A stretch of 64,000 bases of DNA from an uncultured SAR86 cluster bacterium. GTDB taxonomy: Bacteria > Pseudomonadota > Gammaproteobacteria > Magnimaribacterales > D2472. A program made the position numbers and the translations under genes. Location of the stretch: the NCBI GenBank assembly GCA_902556105.1, contig CACDUZ010000004.1, positions 17,727 to 81,726 of the forward strand, read 5' to 3'. The notes under the pieces are model-generated. The model was not told the DNA's origin, made no database searches, and worked only from the letters and a program-made list of their open reading frames with translations. This document shows, in pieces, positions 50,791-61,137 of the stretch. Numbering within the stretch: position 1 is the first letter of the stretch; each line of letters opens with the position of its first letter.

Positions 50791-51141
50791 TTGCCTAACG
50801 AATTATCTCAAAGTACATGTGAAGCTTGCAGAGCTGATGCAAATGATCTTCACGAAGAAGAAATACAAGAATTACTTCCCCAGATACCATCATGGACAGT
50901 TTGTGAAGAGGAGAATATCAAAAGGTTAGTATGCTCTTTTGCTTTTCTAACCTATGAGGATTCTCTTAAATTTACAAATGAAGTTGCAAAACTAGCTGAG
51001 AAAGAAGATCATCATCCTGAAATTTTTTTAGAATGGGGAAAGGTAACTGTAACTTGGTGGTCGCATAAAATTAAAGGACTTCATAATAATGATTTTATAT
51101 GCGCATCTAAGACAGATGATTTATTTAAAGAATTTGAATAA
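50791..51141 (+). CDS. phhB: Pterin-4-alpha-carbinolamine dehydratase
   Basis: CEACRADA..HHPEIFLEWGKVTVTWWSHKIKGLHNNDFICASKTD matches PCD. There is no in-frame ATG, so I chose the TTG at 50791, one base after the fumC stop, over the overlapping TTG at 50755. Confidence 0.85.
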   Translation: MPNELSQSTCEACRADANDLHEEEIQELLPQIPSWTVCEEENIKRLVCSFAFLTYEDSLKFTNEVAKLAEKEDHHPEIFLEWGKVTVTWWSHKIKGLHNNDFICASKTDDLFKEFE

Positions 51142-51144
51142 ATT

Positions 51145-51372
51145 ATGAAACAAAACGAAAAGCCCTTCCAATCATTAGCCTGGCTTGCAACTGGCATACT
51201 TATTATTGCAGCCGCATTGGCTAGTTTTGTTCCAGAACTAGAATATCATCATTGGGCTTTTATATCGGCTAACACTTTATGGGTATATGTGGGATGGTTA
51301 TGGAAAGAGCAATCTTTGATAGTTCTTAATGCAGGATTAACCTTTATTTATATATTAGGTTTAATATTTTAA
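51145..51372 (+). CDS. Small hypothetical membrane protein
   Basis: 75 aa with two or three hydrophobic helices and no recognisable motif. It is tightly packed between phhB and guaB. Confidence 0.4.
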   Translation: MKQNEKPFQSLAWLATGILIIAAALASFVPELEYHHWAFISANTLWVYVGWLWKEQSLIVLNAGLTFIYILGLIF

Positions 51373-51412
51373 GAATTATTTTTTTTTAACTTTAGTTTTG
51401 CTATAATCCAAC

Positions 51413-52876
51413 ATGGAAAAAGTAAAACAAAAAGCATTAACATTTGACGATGTTCTTCTTCTCCCCCGTTATAGCGACTTTGTACCGAGTGAAGCATCAA
51501 TTCATACAAAACTTACCAAAAATATAAATATCAAGGTTCCTTTGATATCAGCAGCCATGGATACTGTCACAGAATCACGGATGGCCATAGCGCTAGCTGA
51601 AGTTGGTGGAATTGGTATTATTCATAAAAATAATTCAATTGAAGATCAGATAGCGCAAGTTAAAATTGTAAAAAAATATGAAAGTGGAGTTGTGAGAGAT
51701 CCAATAACGATTGAGTCAAATAAATCTATTGGCGAATTAATTCAATTAACTACCGAATTAAATATTTCTGGAATGCCAGTTGTGGATACTGGAAAGCTAA
51801 AAGGAATTGTTACAAGCAGGGACTTTAGGTACGCAGATAATTTGGATGCTTCACTATCATCAATCATGACGCCATTTGATCAATTAATAACTGTAGAGGA
51901 GGGTACTTCTCAAGAAATAGTAAAAAAACTGATGCACGAGAACAGAATTGAAAAAGTATTAGTTATTGATCAATCAGGAAAATTAAGCGGATTAGTGACT
52001 ATGAAAGATATAGAAAAATCTGCTGAATATCCAGAAGCAACAAAAGATGATTCAGGAAGTTTAATGGTTGGTGCTGCTTTGGGAACCGGACCTAACACTC
52101 TTAAAAGAGCAAAGGCCTTATGTGAAGCCGGAGTTGATGTATTTGTTATTGACAGTGCTCATGGACATTCAAAGAATGTCGTTGATACTGTAAAAATGAT
52201 TAAAAAAGAATTTCCCTCTATCGATTTAATAGCAGGTAATGTAGCAACTTCTGATGGGGCTATGGAGTTAGTAAAAGCTGGGGCTGATGCAATTAAAGTT
52301 GGCATGGGTCCTGGTTCTATTTGTACAACACGAATTATTGCTGGAATTGGTGTGCCACAAATATCAGCCATTCTTGACATCAAAGAAGCTCTAAAAGATC
52401 TGGATATAGGCATGATAGCTGATGGTGGTATTAGATTTTCAGGAGACATAGCTAAAGCTATTGCTGCTGGGGCTGACTCGGTGATGCTAGGAGGTTTATT
52501 TGCCGGAACCGAAGAGGCTCCAGGAAAAGTAGAGCTTTTCCAAGGAAGAAGTTTTAAAACATATCGTGGTATGGGATCAATTGGAGCGATGACAGAAAGG
52601 GATGATGCAAATAGGTACATGCAGGAAGACGTAAGCTCTGAGAAATTTGTACCTGAAGGCATTGAAGGAAGAGTTCCCTATAAAGGTCTTGTTGTGAATG
52701 TTATTAATCAATTGATTGGTGGATTGAGGCAATCAATGGGTTACATAGGTTGTAAAACTGTCAACGAAGTTCATCAGAATAGTGAATTTGTTGAAATTAC
52801 AAATGCAGGCATGACTGAAAGCCATGTTCATGATGTAATGATTACCAAGGAAGCACCTAATTACCAAAGAAGTTAA
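51413..52876 (+). CDS. guaB: IMP dehydrogenase
   Basis: [10 protein letters not shown], a CBS pair, and GPGSICTTR (catalytic Cys loop). 487 aa. Confidence 0.95.
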   Translation: MEKVKQKALTFDDVLLLPRYSDFVPSEASIHTKLTKNINIKVPLISAAMDTVTESRMAIALAEVGGIGIIHKNNSIEDQIAQVKIVKKYESGVVRDPITIESNKSIGELIQLTTELNISGMPVVDTGKLKGIVTSRDFRYADNLDASLSSIMTPFDQLITVEEGTSQEIVKKLMHENRIEKVLVIDQSGKLSGLVTMKDIEKSAEYPEATKDDSGSLMVGAALGTGPNTLKRAKALCEAGVDVFVIDSAHGHSKNVVDTVKMIKKEFPSIDLIAGNVATSDGAMELVKAGADAIKVGMGPGSICTTRIIAGIGVPQISAILDIKEALKDLDIGMIADGGIRFSGDIAKAIAAGADSVMLGGLFAGTEEAPGKVELFQGRSFKTYRGMGSIGAMTERDDANRYMQEDVSSEKFVPEGIEGRVPYKGLVVNVINQLIGGLRQSMGYIGCKTVNEVHQNSEFVEITNAGMTESHVHDVMITKEAPNYQRS

Positions 52877-52885
52877 TAATCTATT

Positions 52886-54454
52886 ATGACTGTTAATTTA
52901 TCATCTATATCGAAGCAAATAGATACTATCTTGGTTCTAGATTTTGGCTCACAATACACACAACTTATTGCAAGAAGAGTTCGCGAGAGTAATGTTTACT
53001 CAGAAATACTTCCTTGGGACATTGATGAAGAAAAAATAAAATCTATGAATCCTAAAGGTATTATCTTATCAGGCGGTCCAGATTCTGTTACTAATAGTTA
53101 TACCCCAAGAATTCCTCAAATAGTGTTCGAATTAAATATTCCTATCTTGGGTATATGCTATGGAATGCAGACACTTGCTGAGCAGCTTGGAGGACAGGTT
53201 ATATCATCTGAACAAAAAGAATTTGGATATTCAGAGCTTACTGTAACAGCAGACTGCATATTATTTTCTGGCTTAGGCAAAACGTTAAATGTATGGATGA
53301 GTCACGGGGATCAGGTACAAGACCTTCCTGATAATTTTGAGCTAGTGGCTGAGACTGCCACCGCTCCAATAGCTGTAATGCAGCACGTAACAAAGCCTAT
53401 ATATGCGCTGCAATTTCATCCTGAGGTTACCCATACAGAAGATGGTAAAACCGTATTAGATAATTATATTTTTAGCGTATGTAAAGCAAATGCAGACTGG
53501 AAGATGGGCAATCTAATAGAACAAAGAATTCAAGAAATTAAAAATCAAGTTCAAGATAATAAAGTTTTACTTGGTCTTTCTGGTGGTGTTGATTCTTCAG
53601 TAACAGCAGCACTTTTACATGAAGCAATAGGTAAAAAACTTGTGTGTGTATTTGTTGATAACGGCCTTCTTAGAAAAGGTGAAGCTGAAGAGGTTATGAA
53701 TACATTTAAAGAAAACATGAATCTAAATGTTATTAGGTCTGATAGCGAAGAAGTTTTTTTAAGACATTTAAAGGGTGTTGCAGATCCTGAGCAAAAAAGA
53801 AAAATTATTGGAAGAACTTTTATTGATGTTTTTGATGCTGAAGCAACTAAATTAAAGGGTATTCATTTTTTAGCTCAAGGAACTATTTATCCAGATGTAA
53901 TTGAATCCTCTGGTTCAGAGTCTAAAGAAGCTAGAGTAATTAAATCTCATCATAATGTTGGCGGGCTTCCTGAGGAAATGAAAATGGAATTAGTAGAGCC
54001 ATTAAGAGACTTGTTTAAAGATGAGGTAAGAAGAATGGGCGTTGAATTAGGTCTTTCATCAGAAATGCTTAATAGACATCCATTTCCTGGTCCTGGACTT
54101 GGAGTAAGAATCCTTGGTGATATTACAAAAGAGAAAACATCTGTTTTAAAAGAAGCTGATCATATTTTTATTGAAGAACTAATACAAGCAGACCTATATA
54201 AAACAGTTAGTCAGGCTTTTGCAGTCTATTTACCAATAAAATCAGTTGGCGTAGTGGGAGATGAAAGAAGGTATGCTGAAGTTATTGGTTTAAGAGCAGT
54301 AGAGACAGTTGATTTTATGACAGCAAGATGGGCACATTTACCTTATGATTTTTTAGAGCATGTTTCCAATCGCATAGTAAATGAGATAGAGGAAGTCAGT
54401 AGGGTAGTTTATGATATTTCAAGCAAACCTCCAGCAACTATTGAGTGGGAGTGA
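52886..54454 (+). CDS. guaA: GMP synthase (glutamine-hydrolysing)
   Basis: GICYGMQ amidotransferase Cys, the [12 protein letters not shown]-loop, and the C-terminal PPATIEWE. Confidence 0.95.
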   Translation: MTVNLSSISKQIDTILVLDFGSQYTQLIARRVRESNVYSEILPWDIDEEKIKSMNPKGIILSGGPDSVTNSYTPRIPQIVFELNIPILGICYGMQTLAEQLGGQVISSEQKEFGYSELTVTADCILFSGLGKTLNVWMSHGDQVQDLPDNFELVAETATAPIAVMQHVTKPIYALQFHPEVTHTEDGKTVLDNYIFSVCKANADWKMGNLIEQRIQEIKNQVQDNKVLLGLSGGVDSSVTAALLHEAIGKKLVCVFVDNGLLRKGEAEEVMNTFKENMNLNVIRSDSEEVFLRHLKGVADPEQKRKIIGRTFIDVFDAEATKLKGIHFLAQGTIYPDVIESSGSESKEARVIKSHHNVGGLPEEMKMELVEPLRDLFKDEVRRMGVELGLSSEMLNRHPFPGPGLGVRILGDITKEKTSVLKEADHIFIEELIQADLYKTVSQAFAVYLPIKSVGVVGDERRYAEVIGLRAVETVDFMTARWAHLPYDFLEHVSNRIVNEIEEVSRVVYDISSKPPATIEWE

Positions 54455-54458
54455 AATT

Positions 54459-54530
54459 ATGAGCGATAAGTTAGATTTAAAAAAACATATTAGAGATGTC
54501 TATGACTTCCTAATACCAGGAATCAATTGA
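54459..54530 (+). pseudogene. apt: Probable 5' remnant (23 codons) of adenine phosphoribosyltransferase
   Basis: MSDKLDLKKHIRDVYDFLIPGIN* follows the Apt N-terminal pattern LKxxIRxVxDFPxPGIxFxDIT up to PGI, then stops. The accessory cluster begins 10 nt later. Confidence 0.5.
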
Positions 54531-54539
54531 GGCCTGGGT

Positions 54540-55910
54540 GTGTTTAATAAAAATCATAAAACTTTTCAAGCAATTTATAATAATAAGGCTTATTCAGTAG
54601 ATGAAATTTGGCATATTGCATCTTCGTTTAAGCAATTTTTAAACGACAATCAATTAACAATATTATGTGCAGATAATGATATTTTTTCATTATCTATATA
54701 TCTTGGAGCATTAAAATTCAATTCTCCAATCATGTTATTGAACCATGATACCGATATAGTTGAGCTAACAAAAATTATAAAAAAATTTAAACCATCTTTT
54801 CTAATCAGCAAAAACATACCCTCTATAAACTGCAAACATGATCATAATGAAAAGATTCATGATTACAATATTTTTTCATTTTCTTGGGCTAACGAAAATT
54901 CAAAATTAATAAATGAAGACCTATCATTACTTTTACCTACTTCTGGCAGCACAGGCTCAGCAAAGTTCGTTAAAATCTCAAGAAAAAATATCGTAGCCAA
55001 TACAAAATCAATTATTGATTATTTAAAAATTACAAAAAATGATAAAACAATTACCACAATGCCAATGAGTTATAGTTTTGGCCTATCAATAATTAACACA
55101 TATTTTAATGCTGGAGCAAAGATAATTTTGTGCCAACATAGTCTTGTTTCAAGAGAGTTTTGGAAAATATTAGATGTAAGCAATATTACTTCATTGTCTG
55201 GTGTGCCATATATTTTTGAATTGCTTTTTAAATTTAATTTTTTTAAAAAATCTTATTCCTCTCTTAAAACTATTACACAAGCAGGCGGTAGATTAAAGTC
55301 TGAATTAAAAAAGGAAATCTTAAATTACTCTAATAAAAATGGAATTAATTTTTTTATAATGTATGGGCAAACTGAAGCAACTGCAAGAATCTCATATGTA
55401 CCTCCAGATATGTTATCAAAAAAGATTGATAGCATAGGCATACCAATACCCAGCACTGAATTACATGTAGAAAAAAATGATTCTCAAGAGGGCGAGCTTA
55501 TCTTTGAAGGAGATAATGTATCAATGGGATATGCGAATGATTACAAAGATTTATATTTAGGAGATTCTAGAAATGGAATTTTAAAAACAGGAGATATAGG
55601 CTTTAAAGATTCTGATGGATACTTTTATATAACTGGAAGAAAAAAAAGATTTATTAAAATTAACGGCATTAGGTTATCTTTAGATGATGCTGAAAAATTA
55701 ATAGAGAACGAATTTTGTAGCACAGGCATAGATGTTAGATGTATTGGAGAGGATGATAATTTAATTTTGGAATATACCTGTGTTAACAATATTGACAATG
55801 ACCTTAAGAATTATCTCTGTAAAAAAATAAAGATACACCATAAATATTTAACAATAGCCAGAGTTAAAAATATAATGAGGAACTCTTCCGGGAAAAAGAT
55901 TTACACATAA
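54540..55910 (+). CDS. Adenylate-forming enzyme (DltA-like acid:carrier-protein ligase)
   Basis: GTG start, 456 aa. Motifs are LLPTSGSTGSAKFV (A3), MYGQTEA (A5), TGDIGFKDSDGYFYITGRKKRFIKINGIRL (A7/A8). Confidence 0.85.
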   Translation: MFNKNHKTFQAIYNNKAYSVDEIWHIASSFKQFLNDNQLTILCADNDIFSLSIYLGALKFNSPIMLLNHDTDIVELTKIIKKFKPSFLISKNIPSINCKHDHNEKIHDYNIFSFSWANENSKLINEDLSLLLPTSGSTGSAKFVKISRKNIVANTKSIIDYLKITKNDKTITTMPMSYSFGLSIINTYFNAGAKIILCQHSLVSREFWKILDVSNITSLSGVPYIFELLFKFNFFKKSYSSLKTITQAGGRLKSELKKEILNYSNKNGINFFIMYGQTEATARISYVPPDMLSKKIDSIGIPIPSTELHVEKNDSQEGELIFEGDNVSMGYANDYKDLYLGDSRNGILKTGDIGFKDSDGYFYITGRKKRFIKINGIRLSLDDAEKLIENEFCSTGIDVRCIGEDDNLILEYTCVNNIDNDLKNYLCKKIKIHHKYLTIARVKNIMRNSSGKKIYT

Positions 55911-55980
55911 ATCTAATTATGTATTAAATTTAAACTAAATTATTATTATTGATAGGAAAATAAATATTAAATGTAATACA

Positions 55981-56226
55981 ATGACACGCATGAGTGCTAT
56001 TGATAAATATAGAACAATTTTCAAAGAATGTTTTCAGTATGATGGTGATGTTGACTCTCTCGAATATCAATCAATTGAAGAGTGGGATAGTGTTGCCCAT
56101 ATGCAACTTATGACTGAATTAGAAGAAGAATTTAAAATAGAGCTTGATATTGACGACATCATTGATTTTTCAAGCTTTAAAGTAGGTATAGAAATACTTA
56201 GAAAATATAATGTTGAAGTAAATTAG
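55981..56226 (+). CDS. Acyl/peptidyl carrier protein
   Basis: 81 aa and acidic. EEWDSVAHMQLM contains the phosphopantetheine-attachment serine context. Confidence 0.8.
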   Translation: MTRMSAIDKYRTIFKECFQYDGDVDSLEYQSIEEWDSVAHMQLMTELEEEFKIELDIDDIIDFSSFKVGIEILRKYNVEVN

Positions 56227-56227
56227 C

Positions 56228-56680
56228 ATGGAGCTTGATGTAACTCAAATATTAAAAATTCAGGAAAATAGGCACCCTATACTTTTTATTGATAAGATTA
56301 CAAGTATTAATCCTGGAGATTCAGCTGTAGCAATAAAAAATTATTCCTATAATGAATGGTTTTTTCCTTCACATTTCGAGGATGACCCAAATGTGCCCGG
56401 GTTTATACAAATTGAGTCTTTAGTTCAAACCTTCATTATGACATTTTTATCAATTGAGGGAGTCCAGGGAAATAAAACAAACTTCTTAAAAATAAATAAT
56501 GCTGTCTTTAAAAAGAAAATTGTTCCTGGCGACGTAACAACAATTTATGCGCATTTAGAAAGCTTCAAAAGGGGTCTGGCTAAAGGTAAAGCTCATAGTG
56601 AAGTTGATGGAGAAATGGCATGTAGTGCTGAATTTCTTGTTTCTGTACCAGCTATATTAGATAAGTTTAAACCAAAATAA
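56228..56680 (+). CDS. FabZ/FabA-type hotdog dehydratase
   Basis: 150 aa. RHPILFIDKI, then WFFPSHFEDDPNVPGFIQIESLVQ, parallels the FabZ FFxGHFPxxPxxPGVLxxEAxAQ block. The catalytic His and Glu are present. Confidence 0.75.
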   Translation: MELDVTQILKIQENRHPILFIDKITSINPGDSAVAIKNYSYNEWFFPSHFEDDPNVPGFIQIESLVQTFIMTFLSIEGVQGNKTNFLKINNAVFKKKIVPGDVTTIYAHLESFKRGLAKGKAHSEVDGEMACSAEFLVSVPAILDKFKPK

Positions 56681-56685
56681 TTTTC

Positions 56686-58476
56686 ATGAGAGTTTCAGAC
56701 TATATCTTTAAAAGATTAGAGTCTTACGGGATAAAAAAAGCTTATATTGTTACAGGAAGAGGGGCATTATTCCTAACAGATGGTTTGGCTAAAAATGGTT
56801 CATTTGATGTAATTTGTACTCATCATGAACAGTCTGCAGGTTATGCAGCTGTTGCTGAAGCTCAGTTAACTGAATCACCTAGTCTGTGTGTTGTATCGAC
56901 AGGTTGCGCTTCTACAAACTGCTTGACCCCTGTGTTGAATGCTTGGCAGGACAATAATCCTGTGATTTTTATTTCAGGACAAAATGTTCTTAATGAAACA
57001 ACGCATTATAAAAAAACAAAATTAAGAACTTATGGACAACAAGAAGCCAACATAATAGAAATGGTTAGGCCTATAACAAAGTTTTCATCCATGATCACTT
57101 GTGCTCAGGATGTACCAAATCATCTTGAAGAAGCAATATTAAAAGCTAACACTGGAAGAAAAGGTCCGGTTTGGTTGGATATTCCACTAGATATTCAAAG
57201 TTCAAGAATTAAACCTGAAAACATTAATCCAAAGTTGAGACCATTCAAAGAATCATCAGTTACAAAAAAAACAACTCGAAATGTTCAAGAGATATGCAAT
57301 GCTCTTAGAAAATCAAAAAGGCCTGTAATACTAATTGGAAGTGGGATAAGATCATCAGAAACCGAAAGTCAGCTCAAAAAATTTGTTGAATTAAATCAGA
57401 TACCGCTTGTTTACTCAGCAAGTGCTGTTGACGTTTATCCAATAGGAAAAAAATTATCAATCGGGAGTATTGGTTCAATGGGATGCTCTAGACAAGGGGC
57501 TTTTACTATTCAAAACGCTGATTTTATTCTGGTATTAGGAAATCGTTTATCTTCAATATTAACCGGTAATGATTTTTGTAAATTTGGCAGGGATGCATCA
57601 ATTCATGTTGTTGATATTGATAAACATGAACATGAAAAAGATGGCGTTAAAATTGATAACTTAGTGAATATTAATTTAACAAAATTTTTTAAATTATTAC
57701 CAGCTCAAAGATTAACTAAGAATATCGAAATCTGGAACACCAAAACTCAGTATTGGAAAAGATTATTTAAAAAAATGGATAATTTCAATAATAGTAATCT
57801 TGTTGACCTTTATGAGCTTTCTAATGTTTTATCAAAAAAAATTAAAAAAGATAGCATTGTTATAACAGATTCTGGATTTATAGAAGTTATTCTACCGACT
57901 AATATGAATTTCTTTCCTAAAAGAAGAGCAATTCATCCAGTTTCTCAGGGTTCTATGGGATTTGCGTTACCAGCTGTACTGGGTTCTTATGATTTTAGTC
58001 AGCCTAAAAAAGAGATTATTGTTGTTGTTGGAGATGGCTCAATTATGATGAATATCCAAGAGTTGCAAACCATAAAACATCATAAAATAAATGCGAAAAT
58101 TATTGTTATCAATAATAATATATATTCCATTATTAGAAGAAGACAAAATGAGTTATTTAGAAAAAGAACAATTGGTACTGGTATTGAAGATGGTGTTAGC
58201 ACTCCAGATTTTGATCAATTATCAAAAACCTTTGGTTTTAAATATATTTGCTCAAAAACATCAAGAAGTCTTAACTCCTCATTAGATAAACTTCTCTCAT
58301 CAAAAAGCCCAACAATTCTTGAAATATATGGCAGGCATGATCAAGCATATTTAGAAATATCAAGTACAAAAAACTCAGAAGGAAAAATTGTAAGGAGACC
58401 TTTAGAAGATCAATGGCCTTTTTTGGATAGGGATCTCTTTAAAAATGAGATGCTCATAGAACCGATAGATATGTGA
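56686..58476 (+). CDS. Thiamine-diphosphate enzyme of the acetolactate synthase/YerE type
   Basis: 596 aa. THHEQSAGYAA carries the catalytic Glu, and GDGSIMMNIQELQTIKHHKINAKIIVINNN is the GDG-x(24-27)-NN ThDP motif. Confidence 0.85.
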   Translation: MRVSDYIFKRLESYGIKKAYIVTGRGALFLTDGLAKNGSFDVICTHHEQSAGYAAVAEAQLTESPSLCVVSTGCASTNCLTPVLNAWQDNNPVIFISGQNVLNETTHYKKTKLRTYGQQEANIIEMVRPITKFSSMITCAQDVPNHLEEAILKANTGRKGPVWLDIPLDIQSSRIKPENINPKLRPFKESSVTKKTTRNVQEICNALRKSKRPVILIGSGIRSSETESQLKKFVELNQIPLVYSASAVDVYPIGKKLSIGSIGSMGCSRQGAFTIQNADFILVLGNRLSSILTGNDFCKFGRDASIHVVDIDKHEHEKDGVKIDNLVNINLTKFFKLLPAQRLTKNIEIWNTKTQYWKRLFKKMDNFNNSNLVDLYELSNVLSKKIKKDSIVITDSGFIEVILPTNMNFFPKRRAIHPVSQGSMGFALPAVLGSYDFSQPKKEIIVVVGDGSIMMNIQELQTIKHHKINAKIIVINNNIYSIIRRRQNELFRKRTIGTGIEDGVSTPDFDQLSKTFGFKYICSKTSRSLNSSLDKLLSSKSPTILEIYGRHDQAYLEISSTKNSEGKIVRRPLEDQWPFLDRDLFKNEMLIEPIDM

Positions 58477-58483
58477 TATACAA

Positions 58484-59518
58484 ATGAATAAAAATTTTAT
58501 CTTAAATAATAAAAAAGTTTTGAAAGAAAATAGTTTTCCTTACTTTGTTGCTGAATTGAATTCAAGTCATTTTGGCAATTTGGATTATGCAAAAGATATG
58601 ATAACAGAAGCAAAAAATGCTGGTGCTGACTGTGTTAAATTTCAATCGTGGTCTGCCTCATCCCTATACTCTAAAACTTATTATGATGAAAATCCCATTG
58701 CCAAGAGATTTGTTAAGAAATTTTCACTATGCGAAGATGAACTTCTAGAGTTGTGTTCTTTTTGTAACCAAATAGGTATAGATTTTGCATCAACCCCATA
58801 TTCTAATGAAGAGGTTGAATATTTGTTAGAAAAATGCTCCGTGCCTTTTATTAAAATTGCTTCAATGGAAATAAATAACCATGAATTTCTTAGATTTATT
58901 GCTTCACAAAATACTTCGATAATTTTATCTACTGGAATGTCAACATATGATGAAATCATTGATGCTGTTGAGGTTATTAAATCTGCAGGTAATGAAAATC
59001 TTGCGGTCCTTCATTGCGTTTCCATTTACCCATTAGATCCAAATCAGGCCAACTTGAATAATATTATCAAGCTGAGAGAATTATTAAAAGATATTCCAAT
59101 TGGTTATTCTGATCATACAGTTGGCGCTGAAGCAGCAATTGCAGCAACTGTAATTGGAAGCCCTATCATTGAAAAGCATTTCACATTAGATTCTGCAAAA
59201 ATAGGTATGGACAATCAAATGGCTACTATGCCAGAGGACTTTAAATCAATGGTCGAGGGTTGCAAATTAATAAATTCTATTATGGGTACCGACTTAAGAG
59301 AAATTGCTCAAGAAGAATATGAGCAAAGAATTATGATGAGAAGAAGTGTGGTATCTCGAGTTGCCATACCAAAAGATAAAATCATAACAACTGAAGATAT
59401 TTCTTTTAAAAGACCAGGCAATGGAATACCTCCAACAGAAGCTAGTATTATAATTGGAAAGAAGGCAGTTCGTAATATTGAAGCTGATGAGTTGTTAAAT
59501 AAAAGTGATTTCATTTAG
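58484..59518 (+). CDS. NeuB-family (nonulosonic acid synthase-like) protein, atypical active-site motifs
   Basis: VKFQSW, YSDHT and a C-terminal SAF domain are present. However, AELNSSHFGN replaces AExGxNHNG, and GMDNQMA replaces GPDHxxS. Confidence 0.8.
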   Translation: MNKNFILNNKKVLKENSFPYFVAELNSSHFGNLDYAKDMITEAKNAGADCVKFQSWSASSLYSKTYYDENPIAKRFVKKFSLCEDELLELCSFCNQIGIDFASTPYSNEEVEYLLEKCSVPFIKIASMEINNHEFLRFIASQNTSIILSTGMSTYDEIIDAVEVIKSAGNENLAVLHCVSIYPLDPNQANLNNIIKLRELLKDIPIGYSDHTVGAEAAIAATVIGSPIIEKHFTLDSAKIGMDNQMATMPEDFKSMVEGCKLINSIMGTDLREIAQEEYEQRIMMRRSVVSRVAIPKDKIITTEDISFKRPGNGIPPTEASIIIGKKAVRNIEADELLNKSDFI

Positions 59519-60077
59519 ACAATTTAATAAAAGTAAAAAAAATTCTGTTCTTTTAATACATGGACTATTTTCTAGTAGTGGATTTTGGTTGGAGTATCTT
59601 CAATATTTTAAAGATTTGAGAGTAGTTTTGTGCGATATAGATTATGACGAATTTTTTGATAATCCCAAATATTTTTATAAGATAATTTCAGACCACATAC
59701 ATGCAAATCATATTAATAAAACTATAGCTCATTCATTTGGCTCCTCTATTAATTTAAGTATTTCAAATGACATAATGAAAATTAACATTTGCCCAACTCA
59801 CTTTAAAAGCAGAGCTAACAAAACAAACTTTATTGATGATATTTATTTAAAGACAAAATTAGATAAAGAAAAAATAAATAAATTGCTAATTAAAGCTGAT
59901 AAATTTTATAAAAAAAATCAAATCCTTTATAAAAAAAATAAATCCTATACAACAAATTTTATACCAACTAATGATAGCTTTTTCACATATAATGATAATT
60001 CAAACTTCGCTGGCGATCATTTTAATATTGACAATGCAGTTAAAAAAATTTTGAAATTAAATGAGTTTATTAAATAA
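59505..60077 (+). CDS. Minimal alpha/beta-hydrolase (thioesterase/acyltransferase-like)
   Basis: GTG start, 190 aa. VLLIHGLFSS, the nucleophile elbow AHSFGS, a late Asp (PTNDSFF) and a late His (AGDHF) suggest a Ser-Asp-His triad. Confidence 0.5.
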   Translation: MISFRQFNKSKKNSVLLIHGLFSSSGFWLEYLQYFKDLRVVLCDIDYDEFFDNPKYFYKIISDHIHANHINKTIAHSFGSSINLSISNDIMKINICPTHFKSRANKTNFIDDIYLKTKLDKEKINKLLIKADKFYKKNQILYKKNKSYTTNFIPTNDSFFTYNDNSNFAGDHFNIDNAVKKILKLNEFIK

Positions 60078-61137
60078 TATTTTAGAGCAAAATACTCCAT
60101 ATGAGCTTGAAGCCAGTGAAAAAGAAAAAAAACTCTTAAAAGATATAAAGAAATCATTAAGTTTTCATTCTAAAAACTCAGATACATTTAACAATCTAAT
60201 CTTAAATACAAATGTACTAATTGATACTAATAAAATTAATCAGCTTCCTTATGTTCCTGCGAGGCTTTTTAAATTGATGGATCTTAAGAGTATTCCAGAT
60301 GAGAATATTTTCAAAATAATGACATCAAGTGGAACTTCAGGCCAAGCAGTTTCAAAAATATTTCTTGATAAAGAGTCATCAATAATGCAAACAAGGGTAC
60401 TCAATCACATTGTTGGTTCATATATAGGAAAAAAAAGAAGAAAAATGCTTATTATTGACTCTGAATCAATAATTAAAGATAGAAAGAAATTTAATGCAAG
60501 AGCTGCTGGTATATTAGGCTTTTCTTCATTTGGAAAAAATCATACTTATTTGCTTGATAGTGATTTAAACCTTGATGTTAAAAAATTAAATGATACTTTA
60601 GAAGATAATGGAAATAATCCTATATTAATATTTGGATTTACCTTTCTAGTTTGGCAAAAATTTTATCAGTCAATCAAAAAGCTTGGAAAAAATTTAAACT
60701 TTCCAAAGGATACTCTATTAATACATGGTGGTGGTTGGAAGCGAATGCATGAAAGTAGTGTTGATAACACTCAATTTAAAGCGGCACTTCATGAAATTGG
60801 AGTTAGTAATGTGCATGATTATTACGGAATGATTGAACAAACAGGCTCAATTTTTGTTGAATGTGAAAAAGGACATTTACATTGCTCAGATTATTCGGAT
60901 GTCATTATAAGAGATCAAATGACACATAAACCCCTCGACTTTAATAAAGAGGGGTTGCTTCAAGTTATTAGCTTACTACCTTCAAGTTATCCTGGAAATT
61001 CAATTTTAACTGAAGATATAGGTGTAATTTTAGGAGAAGATGATTGTGACTGTGGAAGAAAAGGGAAATATTTCACTATTAGTGGAAGAATGAAGCAATC
61101 AGAAGTTCGAGGTTGCAGTGATACCAGAGCCTTATGA
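60061..61137 (+). CDS. LuxE-family acyl-protein synthetase-like enzyme
   Basis: 358 aa. It has the MTSSGTSGQ nucleotide loop, IHGGGWKR, and a C-terminal RGCSD cysteine (nt 61114-61116), near where LuxE is acylated. It overlaps both neighbours. Confidence 0.7.
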   Translation: MSLLNNILEQNTPYELEASEKEKKLLKDIKKSLSFHSKNSDTFNNLILNTNVLIDTNKINQLPYVPARLFKLMDLKSIPDENIFKIMTSSGTSGQAVSKIFLDKESSIMQTRVLNHIVGSYIGKKRRKMLIIDSESIIKDRKKFNARAAGILGFSSFGKNHTYLLDSDLNLDVKKLNDTLEDNGNNPILIFGFTFLVWQKFYQSIKKLGKNLNFPKDTLLIHGGGWKRMHESSVDNTQFKAALHEIGVSNVHDYYGMIEQTGSIFVECEKGHLHCSDYSDVIIRDQMTHKPLDFNKEGLLQVISLLPSSYPGNSILTEDIGVILGEDDCDCGRKGKYFTISGRMKQSEVRGCSDTRAL

